Source: an uncultured Acidobacteriaceae bacterium (GTDB taxonomy: Bacteria; Acidobacteriota; Terriglobia; Terriglobales; Acidobacteriaceae). From it: a DNA stretch of 64,000 bases. The position numbers and the translations under genes are program-made. The notes beneath the pieces are model-generated. The model was not told the DNA's origin. It did not search any database and saw nothing but the letters and a program-made list of their open reading frames with translations. Below are positions 26,778 to 35,747 of this stretch, piece by piece. Numbering within the stretch: position 1 is the first letter of the stretch; the number at the start of each line of letters is the position of its first letter. The stretch lies in contig CAWAUN010000010.1 of assembly GCA_963785265.1 (NCBI GenBank), forward strand, positions 25,524 to 89,523, read 5' to 3'.

Positions 26778-28130
26778 TCATGCGATCCGGGTTGCCACTG
26801 TCTTGGGTTGCTCAGACGCATCGGACTCCGGGCGCGAAACCATCGGAGCGCGGATGTCCAGAAACTGAACGAGGTCTTTTGAAAAGATCAGATCAAGCGT
26901 CCAATCGAAAGCAACTCGCAGTTTCTTCTCCAGTCTGGGGAGCTTGCTCAGGTAAATCGTTCGCCAGAGCCACCACGCGACAAACCCTGAGAAGTTGATC
27001 CCCAGTATATTAGCGACGCCCGTCCGCCGGCCGATCGCCGCGAGCTGTGCGATGGTCGAAAAATCGAATCGCTTCTTCGCTTTTCCACAAACGCTTGCGA
27101 TAACATTGTGCGCCACGACTTTGGCTTCACGAAGTGCATGCTGTGCGGTCGGTGGACAAAATCTCCCCGTCCGCCTATCCGGTATGGCCGCACAATCGCC
27201 TAAAGCCCAAACGCCAGGCCAAGCCTGAAGCTCGAGAGATTCGGTGACGAGCAGACGACCGCGTTCCTTTGCGCAAGGAATAGTTTCGAGCAATGGATTC
27301 GGTGAGGTTCCGGCGGTCCAAACGAGCGTGTTGGTGTGAATCGTAGACCCGTCACTCAATCGGACGACCCGGCCACAGAACCCCTCTACCCTCGCGTTCA
27401 GGCGAAGTTCCACTTTGCGCCCCGCGAGTTTTCGCTGAGCGTACGTGCCTAATTTTTCGTCCAATTCCGGAAGGATGACTGGCCCGGAATGGACGAGGAC
27501 GATTCGCAGCATGTCTTCCGTGAGGTTAGGGTAGGAGCGCAGTGCTCCCCGCACGAAATCGTTGATTCCCGCAACTGTCTCGACCCCGGCAAAACCCCCG
27601 CCCGCAATAACAAACGCCAATAGCGGTTCTTTCACTTTGCAGCAATCACTGTCTGCTTCTTCCAGGTGAGCGATGAGGTGATTCCGCAACCGCATGGCAT
27701 CGCCCAGCGTTTTCATAGTCAGCGCGTATTCCTGGAGCCCCGGAATGCCGTAAAGATTCGTGACAGAGCCCAGGCCCAAGACGAGAAAATCGAACTCGAG
27801 CGTGTGGTGATGATGATCGAAGCCATGGGAAACAACGACTCTCTTTTGTTCGATGTCAATCCGATCGACCTCTCCCGCAAACAAGTGAACACGCCGAAGC
27901 ATTTTGCGGACAGGATTCACAATCGTCGTCAAGTCGAGGTCGCTGGCTGCGACTTCGTGAAGCATGGGCGTGAACAAAAAGAAGTTCTCGCGATTAATGA
28001 GGGTAATCTCGACAGAAGGGTCCTGAGCGAGTTTCTTCTCCAACTCCATGGCGACGGTAAGACCCGCAAAGCCCCCGCCGAGAATGAGTATCCGCTTTCG
28101 TGGTACGCGATCCATGAATCGTCTCTCCAC
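26778..28130 (-). CDS. ndh: Type II NADH dehydrogenase (NDH-2) / FAD-dependent pyridine nucleotide-disulfide oxidoreductase
   Basis: Two dinucleotide-binding folds, ILILGGGFAGL and AFVIAGGGFAGVE, and a GDCA motif (WALGDCAAIP). C-terminal amphipathic/hydrophobic tail. Confidence 0.85.
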   Translation of the reverse strand: MERRFMDRVPRKRILILGGGFAGLTVAMELEKKLAQDPSVEITLINRENFFLFTPMLHEVAASDLDLTTIVNPVRKMLRRVHLFAGEVDRIDIEQKRVVVSHGFDHHHHTLEFDFLVLGLGSVTNLYGIPGLQEYALTMKTLGDAMRLRNHLIAHLEEADSDCCKVKEPLLAFVIAGGGFAGVETVAGINDFVRGALRSYPNLTEDMLRIVLVHSGPVILPELDEKLGTYAQRKLAGRKVELRLNARVEGFCGRVVRLSDGSTIHTNTLVWTAGTSPNPLLETIPCAKERGRLLVTESLELQAWPGVWALGDCAAIPDRRTGRFCPPTAQHALREAKVVAHNVIASVCGKAKKRFDFSTIAQLAAIGRRTGVANILGINFSGFVAWWLWRTIYLSKLPRLEKKLRVAFDWTLDLIFSKDLVQFLDIRAPMVSRPESDASEQPKTVATRIA

Positions 28131-28640
28131 GCCGCATGTGCGAAAGGCCCAGGGTTCAGTTCATGCGAACTCTCGATTTCAACTTCACACTGACAGGACT
28201 TGTCTCATCTGCGAGTACTTCAATCGAGTACAAGAACTTGCTTACGAGAGGCACCCGTCGGTCCGCTGCAACACGATGACACTCTGATCGTCGAGACACG
28301 GAGTAAGACCCAGAGGATCAATGCCACCAAACCTGGTAATTTCACAACCTCATCAGCGACATAGTTACCGCCCCATACCTCTGTGCAGGTCACTTGGTAT
28401 CCAGACTGATCTGTCTCCAGACCAGCATCGTCCGTTGAATTCGCACCGAAAGGCATTGAATTTGCCCTTGCGAGCCTTAGACATCACAACCTCATCTAGT
28501 GCTTCGTCAGATCTTCGTCGTCGCGTTCTATTGGCAGCCCCAGCAGATTACCGGCCGGACTGTTTCCTTGTCCGATGGCTTCCAAGCCGGATTCGTGAGA
28601 TGAGACGGTGCGGATAGGAAAAAGATACGGAAAATCTGCC

Positions 28641-28657
28641 TTGTCGACATTGTCGAC
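28641..28657 (+). promoter_or_regulatory. Tandem TTGTCGAC-a-TTGTCGAC direct repeat upstream of the sigma fusion gene
   Basis: ttgtcgacattgtcgac lies 83 nt upstream of ATG 28740. Together with GGAAAA at 28629 it can be read as GGAAAA-N17-GTCGAC, loosely ECF-promoter-like. Confidence 0.25.
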
Positions 28658-28739
28658 CGAGAAGCGGACTTTGGTTGCACTCAGCGAAGCCGAAGACGTA
28701 CACTCGCGTAAGTTGATCCGCGCCAGCCGACGGTGGGGG

Positions 28740-30566
28740 ATGAGCTTTCTCAGACAAGTTCAATTAGGCGACAAGTTCGGTCCTTTTGTCGTATTTCAGG
28801 AGGCCCTTGGGTTCATTCCCAATCTCCTTCGCGCTCAGACCCTTTTACCTCGTGCTATCGAGGCTCAGACGAAGCTTGAAAGTGCCGTGCGTCTACAGGA
28901 AGGAGCGATTTCCAGGGTACAGAAAGAACGAATCTTTCTAAGCATTGCAGGTGATCGACAAGACACGTATAGCGTGGCCGTGGACAGCAAGGTCATGTCT
29001 TCGCTTGGCGTGCCGGACAGTCAAATCGATGATCTCTTGAACGACTGCCATCATGCGGGCCTCTCGGCGCCTGACTTAGCCTCCCTGCAATTTTGCCTCA
29101 AGTTAAGCCGCCACGCTCGGTCAGTGTGCTCAAAAGACATCGAAGCACTGCGGGCATGCGGGTTCGAGGACGAGTCGATACTAGAAGCCGTCGTTATGAC
29201 TGCCTTGGCCGTCTACCGCTGCACGCTGTCCGTGGGTTTGGGTCCGGAGCCAGATTTCGGATCGCGGAAGATCGCTTCGACGAGATTTGTTCCACCGCGT
29301 GAGGGAGCGCCCCATGGCTTGTTGCCCGACGATCATGAGGCAGAACGAAGAAAAGGGCCATATGTCTACGCTCCGTACCTGAGCCCCAAGACGTTTGCAC
29401 CTTTTGCCATCGTTCAGAAGAGTCACGGATTCATACCGAACTTTTTCCGCGCTCAAACTTTGCGGCCCGACTTGCTGGAAGCAGAACTGGAGGCAGAGGG
29501 CAGGATTCTGCAGCCTGAGGATGTCCTGACACGAATACAAAAGGAATGCATTCTGTTGGCCGTGTCGGCGGCGAACCTCAACTCCTATTGCGTTGCAGTG
29601 CATTGCAACCTATTGCGAGGCTTGGGCATGCCTCCGGAGGAAGGCGACCAGATTGCCGTGGATCATCATCAGTCAGGTTTATCAGAGGCTGATAGGGCGT
29701 TACTGGACTTCGCTGTGAAATTGGGAACGCGTGCTTCAGAGTTTTCCCGTGAGGACATTGTCAAACTTCAGAGATTTGGTTTTACCGAAGAACAGATTTT
29801 GGAATGCGAGGTGGTCACAGCTCTCAACAATTTCGCCAATACCCTCCAAATGGGGCTCGGAATCGAGCCGGATTTTCAGCCACCCCTGGTCTTTCAAGAA
29901 AATAAACTGTATCTTCCTGTGGCTGCCCGCCGTCACACTGAAGATGGACGTGTTCCTTCAGCTTCTGACCCGCTGCAGGACCGGGACGCTGGATTGGTCG
30001 CGGAGGCGCAGGACGGGAAGCTGGAGGCTTTCGAGGAATTGGTTCGCCGCCATACCCAGTTGATTTATCGCACTCTGACAGCAATCCTGGGTAACCAGGT
30101 CGATGCGCAGGACGCAATGCAGGATGTTCTCTTAGCCGCGTTCAAGCACATCGGCGGATTCCAGGGCCGCTCGAAGTTCTCGACTTGGCTGGTGAGTATC
30201 GCCAGGAATACAGCGCTTCAACGTTTGCGACGCCGGAAAGACGTTGAGAGCTTGGATGAAGGTGGGTACGAGGAAGATCGGGGCTTCCGCCCTCGCCAGG
30301 TAAGAGCTTGGGAGGACAACCCAGAGCAGCGCTATTCTAACTTGGAAACCCGGCAACTCATTGAAAAGGGTATCTTGGAGCTTCCCGTGAAGTACCGCGT
30401 TGTGGTGATGCTTCGGGATATCGAGCAACTCTCGACGGACGAAGTTGCCCGGCAGTTGGGGCTATCCGTGCCTACAGTTAAGATACGGCTGCTGAGGGGC
30501 CGACTCATGCTGCGAGAGTGGCTCTCGCCTCACTTCACGACAAGCCTCAGGAGAGCGGCCCAATGA
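28740..30566 (+). CDS. ECF (group IV) sigma-70 factor with an N-terminal extension of two AhpD/carboxymuconolactone-decarboxylase-like modules
   Basis: Modules open with ALGFIPNLLRAQTLLP and SHGFIPNFFRAQTLRP. Region 2: DAMQDVLLAAFKHIGGFQGRSKFSTWLVSIARNTAL. Region 4: LPVKYRVVVMLRDIEQLSTDEVARQLGLSVPTVKIRLLRGR. The ORF maximum starts at GTG 28608. Confidence 0.8.
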   Translation: MSFLRQVQLGDKFGPFVVFQEALGFIPNLLRAQTLLPRAIEAQTKLESAVRLQEGAISRVQKERIFLSIAGDRQDTYSVAVDSKVMSSLGVPDSQIDDLLNDCHHAGLSAPDLASLQFCLKLSRHARSVCSKDIEALRACGFEDESILEAVVMTALAVYRCTLSVGLGPEPDFGSRKIASTRFVPPREGAPHGLLPDDHEAERRKGPYVYAPYLSPKTFAPFAIVQKSHGFIPNFFRAQTLRPDLLEAELEAEGRILQPEDVLTRIQKECILLAVSAANLNSYCVAVHCNLLRGLGMPPEEGDQIAVDHHQSGLSEADRALLDFAVKLGTRASEFSREDIVKLQRFGFTEEQILECEVVTALNNFANTLQMGLGIEPDFQPPLVFQENKLYLPVAARRHTEDGRVPSASDPLQDRDAGLVAEAQDGKLEAFEELVRRHTQLIYRTLTAILGNQVDAQDAMQDVLLAAFKHIGGFQGRSKFSTWLVSIARNTALQRLRRRKDVESLDEGGYEEDRGFRPRQVRAWEDNPEQRYSNLETRQLIEKGILELPVKYRVVVMLRDIEQLSTDEVARQLGLSVPTVKIRLLRGRLMLREWLSPHFTTSLRRAAQ

Positions 30567-30805
30567 TCACCTGCGAGGACTTCTTCGCTGAGTTCGGAGA
30601 TTACCTTGAGAATCAGGTGTCGCCAGAAGTCCGTAAGGAACTCGAACTGCACGTGTCCCAGTGCCGCGCTTGCCATGTGTTGTACGACTCCAGCTGCAAG
30701 ACTGTAAAGATCGTGACAGAGAGTGGTTCGTTCAAGTTACCGCAGAGCGTCTCTGACCCAATCATAGAGCGTGTCATGACGAGGCTGAGAACAGACCGCA
30801 AGTAA
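30563..30805 (+). CDS. Small soluble zinc-binding (ZAS-type, zf-HC2) anti-sigma factor
   Basis: ATG overlaps the sigma stop as ATGA. HxxxCxxC motif present as HVSQCRAC. 80 aa with no hydrophobic segment. Confidence 0.75.
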   Translation: MITCEDFFAEFGDYLENQVSPEVRKELELHVSQCRACHVLYDSSCKTVKIVTESGSFKLPQSVSDPIIERVMTRLRTDRK

Positions 30806-31126
30806 CAAGGTCGAAATCCTGTCTTAAACCGCGAGTCATTCACACCTCCGCCGCCTTACGCCTGTCGAAAGTCGGCATTCGCGAGTTCATCGGATCAGCG
30901 TCGCGCATCTTTTTGAGTCCTTCATAGGCTCCCAGTTCTCTCCAGTCAGTGAACTATTGTCCATGCCTACGGCAACGTGCGCTTCGTGCTTTGGGCATTT
31001 GCCCGGTCATGGCAGCTTTTTTTTGCGCCTGTGTAACCTTCGCACGACACTGGACTCCTATCGCCTGTGAGAGTTGAGTGCCCGCGGGTGCTCAGCGAAA
31101 GTCCAAAAACACAAGGAGAAACCATT

Positions 31127-31576
31127 ATGGTTCGCAACATCAAGATAGCTTTGGCACTCGCTGCACTGGCGTTCACATTTGGGTTGCAGCCCTCGGTGCA
31201 CGCGCAAGACAGCATGAAGCATGAAAGCAAAACTCTGGCAACTGGCACCTTCCACGGCAAAGTGCACAAAACTTCCGGCCGCGCCACGGTTTACCAGGAG
31301 TCAGATGGGAAGCTCGTCCTGCGCCTGACAAACTTCAAGACGTCCAACGGGCCCGATGTACACGTGATTCTGATCGCAGCCAAGGACGCGGACGACGACG
31401 CCAATTTTCTCAACAGCAGCACCCAGCGAGTTGAGCTGGGGAATCTGAAGGGGAATGAGGGTGACCAGAATTACGAAATACCCAGCGACACGGACCTGAG
31501 CAAATTCCAAACCGTTTCGATCTATTGCGAGCGGTTCAACGCCAACTTCGGCGCTGCGCCACTTGAGAAGTTCTAA
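31127..31576 (+). CDS. DM13-domain protein, secreted
   Basis: AAGGAG lies 8 nt before ATG 31127. Signal peptide MVRNIKIALALAALAFTFGLQPSVHAQ. GTFHG..HKTSGRATVYQ..LRLTNFKTSNGPDVHV.L...GNEGDQNYEIP...VSIYCERFNANFG matches the DM13 pattern. Confidence 0.75.
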   Translation: MVRNIKIALALAALAFTFGLQPSVHAQDSMKHESKTLATGTFHGKVHKTSGRATVYQESDGKLVLRLTNFKTSNGPDVHVILIAAKDADDDANFLNSSTQRVELGNLKGNEGDQNYEIPSDTDLSKFQTVSIYCERFNANFGAAPLEKF

Positions 31577-31595
31577 GTACGTTCACTTCAATGGA

Positions 31596-31619
31596 ATCGG
31601 GCAGGTGGACCTGCCCGAT
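31596..31619 (+). other. Perfect 10-bp stem / 4-nt loop intercistronic hairpin between the two DM13 genes
   Basis: atcgggcagg-tgga-cctgcccgat, 20 nt after the first stop. No U-tract follows. Confidence 0.5.
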
Positions 31620-31642
31620 CCATGCATTCGAAGGAGAAACTC

Positions 31643-32152
31643 ATGAATATGCAGGCAGGTTCCTGGCTCTCGCGTAAGAAGTGGATCTTGGCTGTAGTCG
31701 GTCTGCCGATTCTGGTGGGGGCTTGGTGGGCCTTCCGCCCCGAAAAACTCTGGATCAATCAAAAAGTCAGTGAGCCCGCGCCGTTCGCTGTGAGCACTGA
31801 TCCTCAGCCGCTTTATACCGGCCGACTGGAAGGCAAGGCTCACCAAACAAGCGGGCGAGGAACGATCTATAAGACCTCCGATGGCAGGCAGTATCTCCGG
31901 CTGACGGATTTCTCGACCTCCAATGGCCCGGACGTTCACGTTATCTTGGCCCGGAGTGATGACGAGAACCTTACCCAAGAGATCGTCAAAGGTCAACTTG
32001 ACAGCGTCGAGCTCGGGTCCCTTAAGGGCAACCAAGGAGATCAGAATTACGATCTCCCTGCATCGGTCGACTTACAGAAATACAACGCCGCCGTTATCTA
32101 CTGTGAGCGATTCCATGCGGTATTCGGCGTCGCCAAGCTCGAACAGTTTTGA
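31643..32152 (+). CDS. DM13-domain protein, membrane-anchored paralogue
   Basis: AAGGAG at 31632-31637 lies 5 nt before ATG 31643. N-terminal anchor WILAVVGLPILVGAWWAF. GRLEGKAHQTSGRGTIYK..LRLTDFSTSNGPDVHV..GNQGDQNYDLP..AVIYCERFHAVFG. Confidence 0.75.
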   Translation: MNMQAGSWLSRKKWILAVVGLPILVGAWWAFRPEKLWINQKVSEPAPFAVSTDPQPLYTGRLEGKAHQTSGRGTIYKTSDGRQYLRLTDFSTSNGPDVHVILARSDDENLTQEIVKGQLDSVELGSLKGNQGDQNYDLPASVDLQKYNAAVIYCERFHAVFGVAKLEQF

Positions 32153-32233
32153 TGGACGATGTTCCTGTGAATAAATTCGATCCAAAATGTAAAAGGAGAT
32201 CCCACGAAAACACGAATACAAAAAGGAGGCAGT

Positions 32234-33016
32234 ATGAAGCTCACAGGCAAGAAGGCTCTTATTACCGGCGGCAACAGTGGCATCGGTCTTGCCACAGCCC
32301 GACTTTTCATTGCGGAAGGCGCGCAGGTCGCCATTACCGGTCGCGACCAGAAGACGCTCGATGAAGCGATCGCCGAACTTGGATCGAACGCGCGTGGCTA
32401 CCGCGCTGACGTCACCATTGCGGAAGACCGCAAGCGGCTCTTCGCAGCCCTAGCCAAAGATTTCGGGAAACTCGACATTGTGTTTGCCAATGCCGGCATC
32501 TCTGGCCGGACTCCTGCTGGCTCGACCGACGAAGACACTTTTGAGAAGGTCATCCACACCAACCTAAATGGTGCTTTCTTTACCGTCAATTCAGCGGTGC
32601 CTCTCCTGAACGACAACGGCAGCATCATCTTTAATGGGTCGGTACATAACTATCTCGGCCAACCTGGCGTCGCCGCATATGCAGCCACGAAGGGCGGCCT
32701 CGTCTCGATGGCGCGTTCCATCGCCGCCGACCTTGCGCCGCGCAATATTCGCGTGAACGTCGTCGCACCAGGCGCGACGAAGACTCCGATTTGGAAGCGC
32801 GGGCCCCGCGCCTCTATACCTGCAGATCAGTCCGCCAAGTTGGCGAAGTTTTTCTCGTCTGCCATTCCGCTGGGCCGTTGGGGCGAGCCGGAAGAAGTTG
32901 CTAAAGCCGTGCTCTTCCTGGCCTCGGAGGATTCCTCATACGTCAATGCGGTCGAGTTGATGGTGGATGGCGGAGCCACAGGTGCCCCGTTTGGAGCTCC
33001 CATTCTTCGCGGCTGA
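32234..33016 (+). CDS. Short-chain dehydrogenase/reductase (SDR)
   Basis: TGGNSGIGLA cofactor motif, NAG, and YAATKGG (YxxxK). Confidence 0.88.
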   Translation: MKLTGKKALITGGNSGIGLATARLFIAEGAQVAITGRDQKTLDEAIAELGSNARGYRADVTIAEDRKRLFAALAKDFGKLDIVFANAGISGRTPAGSTDEDTFEKVIHTNLNGAFFTVNSAVPLLNDNGSIIFNGSVHNYLGQPGVAAYAATKGGLVSMARSIAADLAPRNIRVNVVAPGATKTPIWKRGPRASIPADQSAKLAKFFSSAIPLGRWGEPEEVAKAVLFLASEDSSYVNAVELMVDGGATGAPFGAPILRG

Positions 33017-33161
33017 CCGCACAGGGTTAAGGCATGGAGCAAAAGTAGGAAGGAAAGCAGAATCATGAGGGAAACAGCAATTGTTAGCAGCGCACCCGGC
33101 GATCTTCATAACGGAGTTCGGATGTCCACGACGCCGGGAGCGAGATTCAAGGAGGATGACA

Positions 33162-34105
33162 ATGACAACTCTAGCTTCAGCCGGCAGCAGCACGACTGTT
33201 GTTCCGGCGACTACGCCCACGTCCGTCCACAAAATCGAAGCCGACGGTGTTCGACTTTTCTATCGGGAGGCAGGCGACCGCACGGCGCCGGTAGTGCTCT
33301 TGTTACATGGGTTTCCAGCCTCATCGTTCATGTTCCGCGAACTCATTCCGCGTCTCGCCCGTGATTACCGTGTGATTGCGCCGGACCTCCCCGGTTTTGG
33401 TTTTACCGAAGTTACTGCCGAACGAAAGTACGTTTATTCGTTCGACGCGTTGGCCAAGACAATCGATGCGTTCACGGAAGCACTCAGCATCAACCTCTAT
33501 GCCATCTATGTATTCGACTATGGCGCACCAACAGGCTTCCGCCTGGCGATGGCTCATCCGCAGCGAGTGACGGCTGTCATTTCACAAAACGGCAACGCTT
33601 ATGAAGAAGGCTTAAGCTCAGGTTGGAATCCGATCCAGAAATACTGGAAAGAGTCGACTGCGCAGAATCGCGCTGCCCTTCGCGATTTTCTCACGCCCGA
33701 AACGACGAAGTGGCAGTACACACACGGCGTAAGCGATCCAGAAAGTGTTCCGCCCGAGTCGTACACATTGGATGCGGCTCTGCTGGCACGTCCGGGGAAT
33801 AAAGACATTCAACTGGATCTGTTTCTCGATTACGCCTCGAATGTGAAGCTTTATCCAAAATTCCAGGAGTATTTCCGTAAATCGCAGCCACCTTTGCTGG
33901 CGATCTGGGGGAAGAATGATCCGTTTTTCATTCCTGCGGGAGCAGAGGCGTTTCGAAAAGACTTGCCGAACGCAGGGTGGAGTTTCTAGACACAGGACAT
34001 TTTGCCCTCGAGACACACGTCGTGGAAATTGCCGCTGCGATAAAAGACTTTCTTGCCGCGAATGGTGTTGCCAACCATCGCACAGAAAGTGTGGTTGCGC
34101 GATGA
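33162..34105 (+). pseudogene. Alpha/beta hydrolase (epoxide-hydrolase-like) with a -1 frameshift near 33974-33977
   Basis: The ORF ends ..RKDLPNAGWSF* at 33989. Shifting frame at about 33977 gives VEFLDTGHFALETHVVEIAAAIKDFLAANG..*, ending at 34105. This is the missing C-terminus, including the catalytic His of the family. Confidence 0.6.
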
Positions 34106-34146
34106 TGCGGTTTCTAAGGAAGAGCTGATTGGAACGAAGGGGAAAT

Positions 34147-34645
34147 ATGGAACGTCGTAACTTTCTTCGAGCGCTGCCAGCTACATCTCTGGGTCTCGCG
34201 CTCGAGGGCTCTTTGACTAAATTGTCGGGAGCGCAAAATGCGGGACAAGCTGCCGCAAATTCGCACACTTCCATGATGGGTGAATTTCCTGAGAACTCAT
34301 CGATAGTTTTGGTGCATGGGGCGTGGGCGGACGGCTCGTGTTGGCGCAGCGTCATTCTGCCTTTGGAACGGCGGGGTCTTCACGTCATCTGCGCGCCGAT
34401 CCCGCTCACCTCTTTAACCGATGATGCTAACGCTTTGAGCCGGGCACTGGAACGGACCACCGGTCCGGTTGTCCTGGTGGGACACGCCTATTCTGGCGCT
34501 GTGATCGCCGCCGTGCGAGAAGAACGAGTCAAGTCCCTGGTCTATATCGCGGCGCTCGCCCCGGATGAAGGAGAAACCGTGGCTAAGGTTTTCTATCGCG
34601 ACACAAAGCCTCCGGAATCGCCCAAGTTGGCTCCCGTTTTTTTCT
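34147..34645 (+). pseudogene. Tat-signal alpha/beta hydrolase, C-terminally truncated and lacking the nucleophile Ser
   Basis: MERRNFLRAL twin-Arg signal and IVLVHGAWADGSCW. The nucleophile elbow reads GHAYSG rather than GHSxGG. Homology stops at ..KLAPV next to a T7 run (34637-34643), and the rest of the ORF overlaps the next gene. Confidence 0.45.
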
Positions 34646-34739
34646 TGGCGGCCTCACGGCCGCATCTTTCGGTGCACTGCTGGAGAACTCTTTCGCCCAA
34701 CCGGTGCGACCACCGAACTCAAATAAAACTGGAGGAATT

Positions 34740-35621
34740 ATGGCTGGCCAGGATTCTTTCGAGTCGTCTCAAGTCGAGGTTTCAGGAAACACGATTTTCG
34801 TGCGTCGCTACGGAGCTGGGCCGCCGATTCTGATGGTGCACGGCTTCCCGCGCACAAGCTTGATGTGGCGATTTCTTGCGCCGAAGCTCGCAGAAACTCA
34901 CACCGTGATTTGCGCGGACTTGCGCGCCTACGGCGGCAGCGGGATACCTGCTTCTACCGACGACGACGTTCCTTATTCCAAGCGCGCAATGGCGAAGGAA
35001 CTCGTTGAGGTGATGGACAAGCTCGGATTCCCGACATTCACGCTGATCGGCCATGATCGCGGAGGACGCGTCTCCTACCGGCTGGCCTTGGATCATCCGA
35101 GGACCGTGGAGCGTTTAGCCGTATTCGATGTGATTCCGATCCTTGAGGCATGGAGTAGATCCGATGCGCGCTTCGCTCAGACCTACTGGCCCTGGGTTTT
35201 GCTATCGCAGAAGGAACCGCTCCCGGAGAACTATCTTCTCGGTGCGCCTGAGGCGGTCTTCCATAACCCCTTCGGTCAAGGTTCCTTCGGCCCGGAGATT
35301 CTCGAAGAATATGTCTCGACTTATCGCGAGCCGGCTCGTGTTCATGGAATCTGCGAGGAATATCGAGCCGCCGCGACGATCGACGTCGAACATGATCGAG
35401 CGGACAAAGAAGCTGCGAAGCAGATCGAATGCCCGATGCTGCATCTATGGGCGGAGGGCGGCCCGCTCGACACTTTCTATGCAAAAGACGGGGGTCCGCT
35501 GGGCATTTGGCGACAATGGGCGCCACGCGCGCAAGGACAGGCGATGAAGGGTGGCCACTTCTTTCCGGAGGAGAATCCTGACCACACAGCAGTTCTCGTC
35601 AAGCAATTCCTCTCCACATAA
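34740..35621 (+). CDS. Alpha/beta hydrolase, haloacetate-dehalogenase / epoxide-hydrolase-like (Asp nucleophile)
   Basis: GGAGGA lies 5 nt before ATG 34740. MVHGFPRTSLMW, GHDRGGRV, C-terminal GGHFFPEE. Confidence 0.82.
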   Translation: MAGQDSFESSQVEVSGNTIFVRRYGAGPPILMVHGFPRTSLMWRFLAPKLAETHTVICADLRAYGGSGIPASTDDDVPYSKRAMAKELVEVMDKLGFPTFTLIGHDRGGRVSYRLALDHPRTVERLAVFDVIPILEAWSRSDARFAQTYWPWVLLSQKEPLPENYLLGAPEAVFHNPFGQGSFGPEILEEYVSTYREPARVHGICEEYRAAATIDVEHDRADKEAAKQIECPMLHLWAEGGPLDTFYAKDGGPLGIWRQWAPRAQGQAMKGGHFFPEENPDHTAVLVKQFLST

Positions 35622-35747
35622 GCCACTCATCGCAGAGGAGTAGGACTGTGTTTCGGGCCGCAAGTTCAGCATTCGGCGAGAACTGGAAGGATGCATGGCC
35701 CGGCATTCCTATCAGGGTAGATGTCGGAACGACGATGACTTGGCACC

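Noticed and set aside
28220-28456. 78-aa minus-strand ORF in the ndh / sigma-fusion spacer, containing ..TCTEVWGGNYVADEVVKLPGL...
   Set aside because: The peptide looks protein-like, but I cannot assign it to a family with confidence. There is no start context, and it lies in a divergent promoter region. It may be another gene fragment.
30940-31126. ECF-type promoter (GGAAC-N16/17-CGT/GTC) upstream of the DM13 genes. Candidates were GTGAAC..CGT at ~30949 and GTAACC..TCCTAT at ~31031.
   Set aside because: The spacings (21 nt) or the -10 sequences do not fit known ECF promoter architectures. This is left as an open question and not annotated.
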